This document shows positions 1-7,659 of a stretch of 17,264 bases of DNA, piece after piece. Each line of letters begins with the position of its first letter. Within the stretch, counting starts at the first letter, position 1. Made by a program: the position numbers and the translations under genes. Below the pieces are notes generated by a model that ran no database searches, was not told the origin of the DNA, and was given only the letters and a program-made list of their open reading frames with translations. This stretch comes from Conexivisphaerales archaeon (lineage in GTDB: Archaea > Thermoproteota > Nitrososphaeria > Conexivisphaerales > DTJL01). Location of the stretch: assembly GCA_049509455.1 (NCBI GenBank), contig JBEKZX010000032.1, forward strand, positions 1 to 17,264, given 5' to 3'.

Positions 1-2
1 GG

Positions 3-119
3 ATCCTTGATGACTTCCGGAGGGCGGGCGTCGACCTCCCCATCATCTATCCTTACGTCCTTGGAGACGACACATACAAGATCACCTTGGTCGAAAGGCT
101 CGCCTCCATCATAGCCTGA
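3..119 (+). CDS. 3' end of a gene entering the window; possibly an LLM-class (luciferase-like) oxidoreductase C-terminus
   Basis: My translation of frame 3 gives ILDDFRRAGVDLPIIYPYVLGDDTYKITLVERLASIIA, ending at TGA 117-119. The F-R-x-A-G-V-D-L-P-I-I-Y-P stretch resembles the last strand of LLM-family barrels, but the fragment is too short to be sure. Confidence 0.4.
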   Translation: MLDDFRRAGVDLPIIYPYVLGDDTYKITLVERLASIIA

Positions 120-289
120 AGCCATGCCTAGGGGAAGGGCTCCGCGCAGCTTCTTGAGCCAACTTTCTGGGCGCCCTCCAAGACAATCTTGTGTCGTCGT
201 CGGCCTTCCTACGATGATATGAATACAGACAGCGCCGAAGACGTCTCAGAACCGGAGTGCCCTATCGACTTGGAGACTGAAAAGTTGGG

Positions 290-829
290 TCAGACCTTAG
301 TATAGATGCCCTCTAGACAGTACACTGACAGCTTCCCTGGGACAGGGCACCTCACTCCTAGGTCACACCTAGGGCACAACGATTCTGGCGTGCTATCCAA
401 AGTGCCCCCCTCCTCATGTAGCGCGTAAAGTAGCTTCAGGTACTTGCCCTCGGCCACCCGCGGGACGGCGTCCCTATTCTCCAGGCCGTACCATTCGTAG
501 AGCCTCTTGCTGCCCTTGCTTGAGTTGCAGCTCTTACATACCCACACGGCGTTGTCGGCGACGTCCGGGCCGCGACGGGCCCTGGGCAGGACGTGTTCCA
601 AGGTGAGCTGCGCCCGAGAGCCGCAGTAGACGCAGGAGCCCCCGATCTGGCGCTCCTTGACGTATTCCCTTATGGCGGATGACCATTCTATGTTCCCGGA
701 CTTCAGCTCCTTGAACCGGTTCATTATGAAGCCGTAGTTCTCCTTCCCTTCGCCCGCCGAATTGGAGATAATCTTGGCGTACTGCCAGTAGATCTGGTCC
801 CTTATCGTCCTGACGGCCGCTGGAGGCAT
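290..829 (-). CDS. HNH endonuclease with zinc-binding cysteines
   Basis: CVYCG...LTLEHVLPRARRGPDVADNAVWVCKSCNSSKG is a canonical CxxC-H-N-CxxCN HNH core. The ORF track starts at GTG 850; ATG 829 (MPPAAVRTIRD) is the more likely start. Confidence 0.88.
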   Translation of the reverse strand: MPPAAVRTIRDQIYWQYAKIISNSAGEGKENYGFIMNRFKELKSGNIEWSSAIREYVKERQIGGSCVYCGSRAQLTLEHVLPRARRGPDVADNAVWVCKSCNSSKGSKRLYEWYGLENRDAVPRVAEGKYLKLLYALHEEGGTLDSTPESLCPRCDLGVRCPVPGKLSVYCLEGIYTKV

Positions 830-966
830 GCATATCGTCTCACGCGGCACAGGGACATAAGGCTTGCATCTGGACGGATGAAACCGATGTCCAGGACCAG
901 GCCTGACGTCCGTTCGTCTAGCCCTGTACCCTTAACTAGTGTGAGCTGCTAAATGGTTGAATGAGA

Positions 967-1087
967 ATGTCTTCAGAGTTCAGGAAGGAGGTCTTCTTCG
1001 ACATGGAGACGACGGGGCTCTCCCCCTTCGACTCCCAGATCATCACCATCCAGGTGAGGGTTGACGGCAGGAACATCGTCTGGCCGG
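967..1087 (+). repeat. Direct repeat copy A (121 bp)
   Basis: Manual alignment to 12228-12347 shows 3 substitutions and one C indel. Confidence 0.95.
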
Positions 1088-1123
1088 TGTGGGAGGGCTC
1101 CGAGAGGGAAGTCGTCGATGACC
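967..1123 (+). pseudogene. 5' fragment (about 52 codons) of a DEDD/RNase H-like 3'-5' exonuclease gene
   Basis: MSSEFRKEVFFDMETTGLSPFDSQIITIQV carries the ExoI D-x-E-T-T-G motif. Protein-like sequence ends at WPVWEGSEREVVDDL, where it meets the stop codon of the opposite-strand gene (1124). The rest of ORF 961..1242 is antisense read-through. Confidence 0.75.
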
Positions 1124-1744
1124 TTAGCCACTCGTTGACAGGCGCTCATAAAGCGCCCAAGCGGCGCTCAAGGCTCCGTAAACGACGCCGCCTGTTTCTC
1201 GTCCCCAGGATATCACTAGGGCGTCTCCTGGGTCGGGCGTGACAACTTTCAGGACGTTTTCGGCCAGGTCAGGGTATTCTCTGGAAAGATTCGAGAGCCC
1301 TGGCATCACGAGCTCTCCATCCCTGTAAACGAGCGTCATGGCCCCGTCTGCACCCGCCCTGACAGCCTGATCCCTTTCTGAGAGACCATTTGCCAGTGCT
1401 CCGCCACCTCTGACGCCTACGCCGCAGCTCGTTTTGCCGAGAAAGCCCTCGGACCGAGGCTTGAACAGATAGAAACTTCCCCTTACCTCATCATAAAGGG
1501 TTTTGCCCTTGGAGGTAAGATGACAGCCATTTCGGTCCGCCTTTATCAGTCCTCTTAAAGTGAGCCTCCTCAGCAGAGTGCGGGCGGTCCCTTCACCTAC
1601 GGACAGGCCGGCGGCCAGCTTCTGACGGCCAACGTGGATGTCATCGATTAGGAACAGGGCATAGAGAACATGGGCTATAGTGAATGATGCGCGTGGTCCT
1701 GGCGCTTGTTCCTCCAAGAGCCTCTTCATTTCGGGGAGGAGCAT
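1124..1744 (-). CDS. Archaeal winged-helix protein, DUF4443-like
   Basis: The N-terminal GRQKLAAGLSVGEGTARTLLRRL...GCHLTSKG is a wHTH. The C-terminal GLSERDQAVRAGADGAMTLVYRDGELVMPG matches my recollection of this archaeal family. A GGAGG RBS precedes the ATG. Confidence 0.75.
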   Translation of the reverse strand: MLLPEMKRLLEEQAPGPRASFTIAHVLYALFLIDDIHVGRQKLAAGLSVGEGTARTLLRRLTLRGLIKADRNGCHLTSKGKTLYDEVRGSFYLFKPRSEGFLGKTSCGVGVRGGGALANGLSERDQAVRAGADGAMTLVYRDGELVMPGLSNLSREYPDLAENVLKVVTPDPGDALVISWGRETGGVVYGALSAAWALYERLSTSG

Positions 1745-1765
1745 CAGCCTCCATTTCGGCTCGTG

Positions 1766-1807
1766 TTATATAATGGTTGATGGATCGGCCGTGGCAAAGG
1801 TTTATTT
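1766..1807. promoter_or_regulatory. Divergent archaeal promoter region
   Basis: TTATATAA at 1766-1773 lies 22 nt from the minus-strand ATG at 1744. A purine-rich AAAGG followed by TTTATTT (1801-1807) lies about 25 nt before ATG 1832. Confidence 0.55.
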
Positions 1808-1828
1808 GGTCGGATTATCCATCCAACA

Positions 1829-2356
1829 TTGATGAAGAAGCTGGCCATGCTGGCCATGCTGGTCGCTTTGATCGTCGGGACCGACTATGCAATGTTCGCG
1901 CTCCCGAACGTGAAGCTGATGGACATGCTAGTGTTCCTGACCGGCGTGTGGATGGGACCGTATTATGGCGCAGCGGCCGGGGCCCTTTCGTGGATGGTCT
2001 ATGGAACGGTGAACCCGCTCGGCTTCAACTTGGTGACATTGCTCACCGTCGTCCCCATGGAGATGCTTTACGGTCTGACTGGGGGATTGCTTCGAAAGCA
2101 TTTCCTCGTCACCCCCACGGAAATGTTCTGGAAGTTCGGCTTGGTGGCGCTCGGAACCACACTAGCCTACGACCTGGTCACCAATGCCGTGACTGGCGCG
2201 CTCTTCTATCAGAACATCACCATTGGTATCTTGACCGGCATCCCTTTGAGCGCGGTGCACATCTTCTCTAACTTTGTTCAGTTCACAGTCCTAGCGCCTC
2301 TAGTAATTACTGAGACGAACAGGGCCTTCTTCAAGGGGGTCTACAAGATTGTCTGA
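1829..2356 (+). CDS. ECF transporter S component, probably cobalamin-specific
   Basis: A 175 aa protein with about 5-6 hydrophobic segments and the S-component layout (PNVKLMD...G..YGAAAGALSWMVYGTVNPLG). Substrate is inferred from the overlapping DUF4430 gene. Start is TTG 1829 or ATG 1832. Confidence 0.78.
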   Translation: MMKKLAMLAMLVALIVGTDYAMFALPNVKLMDMLVFLTGVWMGPYYGAAAGALSWMVYGTVNPLGFNLVTLLTVVPMEMLYGLTGGLLRKHFLVTPTEMFWKFGLVALGTTLAYDLVTNAVTGALFYQNITIGILTGIPLSAVHIFSNFVQFTVLAPLVITETNRAFFKGVYKIV

Positions 2357-2816
2357 TACCGGATGGAAGGTTCTGGCGGTCGTCCTGCTGGTGGGGCTGA
2401 TCCTAGCTTCATATGGCTCCATCTACTTCCATCAGGAGGTTTCCACATTGCAGTCGGAAAACGACTACCTTCGGAGCAGGCTGGGCTCTGTCAGCGAAAC
2501 CGTCGACGTCGCGGTGAGCTTCGGGAACAGCACCACGCTGTGGTACAACGACACATACGTGCCCGTGGGGTCCTCAGTGTATAATGCCACGTACATCGCG
2601 ACAGGTGGCAGTGTGACGACTCAGCTCTACACCTTCGGCAACGTTACTCAGGCCTTCGTCACTGGGGTCCTGGGAGTTCAGGGCACCTCCACCTCCTATT
2701 GGCTGTGGTACTACTACGATAGCTCGAGCATGAGCTGGGTTGAAGCTCCAGTGGGGGCGGGCGAGTACCTTGCCATGCAGGGCGGGATGTATCTCTGGAA
2801 CTTAACTCAAGGCTAG
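2349..2816 (+). CDS. Membrane-anchored DUF4430 (transcobalamin C-terminal-like) protein
   Basis: N-terminal TM helix and short coiled stretch, then FVTGVLGV...YWLWYYY...PVGAGEY...YLW, typical of DUF4430. It has five N-x-T/S sequons and overlaps the S-component stop by 8 nt. Confidence 0.78.
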   Translation: MSDTGWKVLAVVLLVGLILASYGSIYFHQEVSTLQSENDYLRSRLGSVSETVDVAVSFGNSTTLWYNDTYVPVGSSVYNATYIATGGSVTTQLYTFGNVTQAFVTGVLGVQGTSTSYWLWYYYDSSSMSWVEAPVGAGEYLAMQGGMYLWNLTQG

Positions 2817-3188
2817 CGCCATTTCCGGCGATCCTTGACTGTTCTCTCTGGCCAGCAGCAACCCCGGAACCTCAATTGTGAAGCGACCTGCACTGGAGCA
2901 CGCTTCGCGTCGGTTGCCATCGGGCCTCCCCCCACGATGAAGGGGAATGGAGACCCAAACTAGGGCGAAGCGGAAGGGCGTCTTCCCGATGCGCCATGTC
3001 AGACGAATCCGTGGCATAGGTCACTTGGCGACCATCATGTCGGCCCGGCGGACGGCAGCAGCAGTCTCCAGGGGCGCCTTCAGGGCTGCAAGATTACATA
3101 TAATGGCTACGATTATAACCAATTATATCGCGTCAACGCATCCAATTTATGCAGTTGATTTACGACTATCTAACCTTTCGTGATAATC

Positions 3189-3196
3189 TTTTTAAC
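3189..3196 (+). promoter_or_regulatory. Candidate TATA box of the rdhA operon
   Basis: TTTTTAAC lies 30 nt upstream of ATG 3226, at the end of an AT-rich tract. Confidence 0.5.
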
Positions 3197-3225
3197 CCTA
3201 GCTCATCTATGGAAGACGGATACAC

Positions 3226-4830
3226 ATGAAAGATGTTAGGAAGGATCCAGAGCTAGCCGAATTGTACATGAAAGGGTTCGAAGAGGGCGTTTCTAAGCAC
3301 ATCGTTCACCAGCAGATTTCGAGGAGAACTTTCGTCGCCAGCATGGCAGGACTTGGCGCCTTAGCCGCAACCCTGAGCCTCCCTTGGGTCAACTCCACTG
3401 AGGTCTCCAAGGAGATCGAGAAGATGACAAAGAACGTCCGGGCGCAGCGGACAGTATATGCGTCAACCCCGCCTCCCGCTCCATATACCGCAGGGAAGGG
3501 CACCATGCCTTACACCGTGGTGACCACGCCGCAGAGGTTCAACTACGACCTCCGAAATGGACCAGAGTTCTCACCTTTCGCGACAGACCCTACTACCCTT
3601 CAAGGTCAGTACTACGCTGCTAACCCCGCCGTCCTCCAAAAAGCCGAGGAAAACATGGGGTTGATTCCGACGAAGCTGGCCAACAATGTTGAGGGCTATA
3701 CCTGGCAGGCCCAGGCTTTGGAGACCGGCGCGGGTCTTTTCTTTGACAGCTCAACTACCATTGCAAAGGCCATCTATGGTGGGGCGGCGGTGCCCAATAC
3801 CTATGTGGGGACCGATGAGGGGCCATGGTTGCCGGTACAGGGAGGTTCGTTGGTCCCAGGGTCGAAGTGGCAGGGAAGCACCGCCGAAGCGGCACACAAA
3901 GCAAAGAAGGCTGCCAGATTCCTGGGGGCGGACCTGGTGGGGATCACAAGGTTGAACCAGTCGTGGATCTACTCCCAGAGGAGTGGTCTTCAAATAGAAT
4001 TCCAAGATGTTACGGCGCCGGCGGTGACGTTAACCAATGGCACCCCATCCGCGCTTGTGATTCCCTCAAGTGTGAACAACGCGATCGTCATGGCCTTTGA
4101 GGAAGACTATGGCGTGATGAGGAGCAGGAGCTCTGACCACTTCTCTACTTGGCTAACTCTATCTGGAGTCGCTAGATGCTATTCCAATCAGATGTTTGTC
4201 TCAAACATGGTCGCCGAGTACATCAGGGCTTTGGGGTACAACGCAATCCCCTGCGGAAATGATACTGGCCTGAGTATACCGCTGTCAATAGATGCCGGAT
4301 TGAGCGAAGGGGGGAGACATGGCCTGGGAATCACTCCTGAATTTGGTCCACAGGTGAGATGGGCGAAGGTCCTCACCGACCTCCCGATGGACGAGGACCC
4401 ATGGATGACGTTCGGTGTGAAGGAATTCTGTGATGTCTGTAAGTACTGTGCGAATACGTGTCCGACACTCTCGATTCCCTTGGGCGACATGGCGAGCACG
4501 GCACCGGCCGAATACTACTCGCAAGACGGCGTCCTCAAATGGAGGGTCAACCATACCCAGTGCAACTTCGGTCAATTCGCGGGAGGTTGTTTCTGCACGC
4601 TTTGCCAGCAGAACTGCCCGTGGGGAAGGGGGCCATCGTCCTTCCACAGCGTGGCGAGGTGGACGGCGAAGAACGCCTCAGGCCTCGATTCCGCATTCGT
4701 CTGGCTCGACCAGAACATGGGCTACGAAGACTCGGTCACAGAAAGCTACTGGTGGGACAACATCCCTGTCGAATGGAAGCACGGAACAAGGATCTTCAGG
4801 ACGCCGGAGCGCCCTGAGCATGAGGAGTAG
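3226..4830 (+). CDS. rdhA: Reductive dehalogenase catalytic subunit (corrinoid/Fe-S) with twin-arginine signal
   Basis: SRRTFV (residues 32-37) is followed by a hydrophobic stretch. RdhA-typical blocks are AARFLGADLVGI, AIVMAFEEDY, YS...AEYIRALGYNAIPCGNDTGLSIP and GRHGLGITPEFGPQVRWAKVLTDLP. Fe-S motifs are CDVCKYCANTCP (CX2CX2CX3CP) and C-X10-CTLCQQNCP. Confidence 0.93.
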   Translation: MKDVRKDPELAELYMKGFEEGVSKHIVHQQISRRTFVASMAGLGALAATLSLPWVNSTEVSKEIEKMTKNVRAQRTVYASTPPPAPYTAGKGTMPYTVVTTPQRFNYDLRNGPEFSPFATDPTTLQGQYYAANPAVLQKAEENMGLIPTKLANNVEGYTWQAQALETGAGLFFDSSTTIAKAIYGGAAVPNTYVGTDEGPWLPVQGGSLVPGSKWQGSTAEAAHKAKKAARFLGADLVGITRLNQSWIYSQRSGLQIEFQDVTAPAVTLTNGTPSALVIPSSVNNAIVMAFEEDYGVMRSRSSDHFSTWLTLSGVARCYSNQMFVSNMVAEYIRALGYNAIPCGNDTGLSIPLSIDAGLSEGGRHGLGITPEFGPQVRWAKVLTDLPMDEDPWMTFGVKEFCDVCKYCANTCPTLSIPLGDMASTAPAEYYSQDGVLKWRVNHTQCNFGQFAGGCFCTLCQQNCPWGRGPSSFHSVARWTAKNASGLDSAFVWLDQNMGYEDSVTESYWWDNIPVEWKHGTRIFRTPERPEHEE

Positions 4831-4845
4831 GGGGTACAAGAGAAC

Positions 4846-5082
4846 ATGGCTAAGATAGGCGGAATCATGGTAACGCCCAAGCTGGTGCTGCGAGGAGTAG
4901 TATGGTTGGTCTGGTTCATACTGTTGCTGTTAGCCGCATGGTTCGCGTCCGATGCCTATGCGGAGTATGTACCGACGATGGGCTTGACGGCGACGATATT
5001 CGCTGTCGTCTGGCTGATCCTCGGCATCGGCGTCTTTGTCTTCAACAGGCGAAGCAGATTCTTCAAGAAGAAAGCTCCTTAG
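4846..5082 (+). CDS. Small two-helix membrane protein, putative RdhB-type anchor
   Basis: It starts 15 nt after the rdhA stop on the same strand. It has two long hydrophobic segments (VVWLVWFILLLLAAWFAS; TMGLTATIFAVVWLILGIGVFVF) and a basic tail (RRSRFFKKK). Alternative start is ATG 4867. Confidence 0.72.
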   Translation: MAKIGGIMVTPKLVLRGVVWLVWFILLLLAAWFASDAYAEYVPTMGLTATIFAVVWLILGIGVFVFNRRSRFFKKKAP

Positions 5083-5098
5083 TAACCTAGTCTAGGCT

Positions 5099-5140
5099 GG
5101 TGGTGGCGGGGCAGCTGCCTGCCACCGCCTATTTTTTGTT
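5099..5140 (+). terminator. GC-rich hairpin plus T-tract after the rdhA operon
   Basis: 5099-5110 pairs with 5118-5129 (12 bp including two G-T pairs, 7-nt loop), followed by TATTTTTTGTT. Confidence 0.75.
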
Positions 5141-5194
5141 TCCGTCCTGACATGGTACTGATTAGCCTGCAGAAGATACCTCGATGGATGACGT

Positions 5195-5899
5195 CTAGAG
5201 TGTAACAAGGTAAGCTTCTTCGCTTCGGCTGGGTCCCTGATGGACTACATTTCCGTCCTTGTCGACGATTCTGCTGCCTCCCGTAAGTCCGATGCGCCCC
5301 TTTTGGAACGTGTATGAGCCGACCCAGTTAGACAACACTTTGTGATACCCCGTTCTAGCGGACCCGTATGACGCTGAATCCTTAGGCAGGCTCAGTGCCG
5401 CAGGAACCAGAAGGGCATCTATGCGCCCCTTCAGATCTTCCAGCTCGGACGTGTAACCTGAATCGAGGCAGACCACGGAGGAAATCGCTGTCTTGCCCAC
5501 TCTGACTATGTCAGGACCGCGCTCTCCTCGAGTGAAGGTACCGATCTCGTGGCCGAAGAGGTGCCTTTTCCTGTAACGATAGGCCACCTTCCCGCATGAA
5601 ATGACAACGCTGCAGTCATACAGAAGCCCCTTCTCCTCCATAGCTTCGCCTGAGACTATGGTGTTATTGTGCTCGGCAGTAAAATCTCTTAGGGCTTCCA
5701 CATGCTTGCCCCCAACTTGTTTGATCGCCCGCAAAGCTTGGTCGCGGGTCCAAGCTCGGTAGCCTATGTTCGCCATCTCTGGGAGGACTATGAAGTCTGC
5801 ATCCGCTATCGAGCGCGCAAGGGCCAAGCATCTACCCATCGCTCCCTTTCCGTCACCCTTCATAAGCCTTGGCTGCACAAAACCGAAGGAGAGTCCCAT
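5195..5899 (-). CDS. Carbon-nitrogen hydrolase (nitrilase superfamily)
   Basis: The Glu-Lys-Cys triad is present in family context: VLPEM, YRKRHLF, VVCLD. The C-terminal GGSRIVDKDG is also typical. Confidence 0.88.
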   Translation of the reverse strand: MGLSFGFVQPRLMKGDGKGAMGRCLALARSIADADFIVLPEMANIGYRAWTRDQALRAIKQVGGKHVEALRDFTAEHNNTIVSGEAMEEKGLLYDCSVVISCGKVAYRYRKRHLFGHEIGTFTRGERGPDIVRVGKTAISSVVCLDSGYTSELEDLKGRIDALLVPAALSLPKDSASYGSARTGYHKVLSNWVGSYTFQKGRIGLTGGSRIVDKDGNVVHQGPSRSEEAYLVTL

Positions 5900-5914
5900 A
5901 GGTTGGACCTCATC

Positions 5915-6574
5915 CTAAGAATTGAAGACGACGACCACGGAGAGAATGGGGTAGGTGCCATTGCTTAACTCAGCCAGAGACCCCACGGCAATCCCCTCGT
6001 TCAGGGTGAGATTATAGCACACCATCGCCTTGGTTCCTTCTCCCAATATTGGCGAAAGCCGCCCAGCCAGGGCCTCTGGAGGGTAATCTTCGTCGCAGAG
6101 AATGACGAGATGTTTCCCGTTCTCATAGGCCATCTTCATGAAGCCGAAGGACTCCTCTCTGTCTGCCACCTTGTGGAAGGACACGATGACGCTATCCTCT
6201 AGACTGATGCGGGCTTTGGCGGCTGCGACCTGAACGGAGCTTATCCCAGGCACCAGTTCCACCTCGAACCCTGAAAACGGCTCCAAGACCTTGTTGATGG
6301 CGGACGATACCGTAACATCACCTGTCCTCAGGACGCAGACTGTTAGCCCCCTGGTCCTGGCTTCCTCTGCGACTTCATTCGCGACTTCCCAGACGTTGGC
6401 CTCGTTCTGGACGCGCGGCGATGCCTTTAGGGGCAAGCCCTTGACAACCTGGATGGCCTCGGTCCAGCCTACGACTAGGTCAGCTGAAGTTATGATTCGT
6501 TTGGCCCCATCGGTGAGCATGTCTGGAGCTCCCGGCCCCACTCCCACTACGAATAGCTTCGGCAACGAGGCCAT
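5915..6574 (-). CDS. cbiE: Tetrapyrrole methylase, CbiE-like
   Basis: VVGVGPGAPDMLT (GxGPG), TGDV in place of the usual GDP, ELVPGISSVQVAAA, IVSFH, and YNL in place of ENL. The length and motifs best fit the CbiE subfamily. Confidence 0.72.
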   Translation of the reverse strand: MASLPKLFVVGVGPGAPDMLTDGAKRIITSADLVVGWTEAIQVVKGLPLKASPRVQNEANVWEVANEVAEEARTRGLTVCVLRTGDVTVSSAINKVLEPFSGFEVELVPGISSVQVAAAKARISLEDSVIVSFHKVADREESFGFMKMAYENGKHLVILCDEDYPPEALAGRLSPILGEGTKAMVCYNLTLNEGIAVGSLAELSNGTYPILSVVVVFNS

Positions 6575-6575
6575 T

Positions 6576-6596
6576 CCTCCGTCTCATGGACTTAAG
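6576..6596 (-). promoter_or_regulatory. RBS and candidate TATA for the cbiE-nitrilase operon
   Basis: On the minus strand, CCTTAAG lies about 20 nt upstream of the ATG and GGAGG lies immediately before it. Confidence 0.45.
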
Positions 6597-6773
6597 GTTA
6601 TGCTTGTGATCTATCTCATAACTGCTTCCATGATGTTGGCAAGCATCGAATTGCGATGGAACCTAGGCTGGATGACCGCCACGTAACGAACAGTAGCCCC
6701 TTCCGCTAAGACGAAGCCAATAAGTGCAAACGTAAGGGCAAAGCCAAATTAATCAGCATTCAGCTGAGTTAGA

Positions 6774-7355
6774 ATGACCATGTCCAGCTTCAAAGGCCTA
6801 AACAGGGTTGGGCCTTCATTGATGCGCAGAGACGAAGCTGGTTCCCCTGCGCCACTCAAGATGGCGCTGCTCATTGTCGACCCCATCAGGGGCATGATGG
6901 AACTTCGACGTGGAACGGGGCAGATACTGCCTAACGTGGCTGCGTTGGCAGACGCTGCTCGGGAAAGAGGCATTCCTGTCTTCTACGTGACCCATGTTAT
7001 GAGGGACGGTAGAGATTCCGAAATCTTGGCAGAGCTGAGGCCTGGCAAGGGGGACATCAAAGTGGACAAACGGGACTACAGCGCGTTCAGAGGGACGCGA
7101 CTGGAGGAAATGCTCAAGATGAAGGGGGTGACGACGATCGTAATCGCGGGGATCTATTCCGACCTCTGCGTCCGTTATAGTTCGGAGGACGCTATCAGGC
7201 TGGGCTTCAAGGTTATCGTCCCGCTCGATTGCATCAAGAGCTACCAGGTGGAAGAGTCAGAGGCCACCGTTAAGCTGCGTGCTTTGGAAGGCCTGATTCC
7301 AACTGATTCGGCCTCTTTGATTGAAGCCGATTTCGACGTAAGCAGACTTGCGTGA
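6774..7355 (+). CDS. Isochorismatase/cysteine hydrolase family protein
   Basis: The Asp-Lys-Cys triad is in ALLIVD, DKRDYSAF and GIYSDLCV. The true start may be ATG 6822 or 6861. Confidence 0.88.
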   Translation: MTMSSFKGLNRVGPSLMRRDEAGSPAPLKMALLIVDPIRGMMELRRGTGQILPNVAALADAARERGIPVFYVTHVMRDGRDSEILAELRPGKGDIKVDKRDYSAFRGTRLEEMLKMKGVTTIVIAGIYSDLCVRYSSEDAIRLGFKVIVPLDCIKSYQVEESEATVKLRALEGLIPTDSASLIEADFDVSRLA

Positions 7356-7659
7356 ATGAATGAACCCAAGGTTCCGTGACGTTCAGCGGAGGCTGAAAGT
7401 CGGGTTTCTTGCCCCTTTGGGGTCGTTGAATCACAACTAGTCTGCCACGTCCTGCAAGAATGGGAATCGAGAGAGATCTTCACACCTGCAGTTGCGGCAA
7501 GGACGCTCTACCGTCGGAATCGTTCATCGGGTGAATTGCTTGGCCTAATCAATGACACTGTGGCAGCAAGGGCCCCTGTCGAGTGCAGCTGTATCTCGTC
7601 CCGTCCTGCGAAAGGTAGATTAGAGTTGGAGTATAGCGACATCCTGGTGGAATGCTTCG

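Noticed and set aside
931-963. CCTTAAC...GTTGAAT as an integron attC site
   Set aside because: The boxes are only about 19 nt apart, there are no L boxes, and no integrase is present.
2947-3183. ORF containing IRGIGHLATIMSA, faintly like the IS110 IPGIG motif
   Set aside because: No other transposase motifs, and the ORF runs through the AT-rich promoter region.
1777-3225. Cobalamin riboswitch upstream of the ECF or rdhA genes
   Set aside because: I found no B12-box or GCCACTG-type consensus by eye; an Infernal search would settle it.
3226-4830. Epoxyqueuosine reductase (QueG) instead of RdhA
   Set aside because: The 534-aa length, twin-arginine signal, NDT-x2-SIP block and downstream membrane gene all fit RdhA better.
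6611-6748. Minus-strand hydrophobic frame FGFALTFALIGFVLAEG...
   Set aside because: An in-frame stop lies immediately upstream with no start codon; at most an unidentifiable remnant.
7380-7650. Long open frame without a start between the hydrolase and radical SAM genes
   Set aside because: No early start codon and no recognisable motifs; it cannot be supported as a gene.
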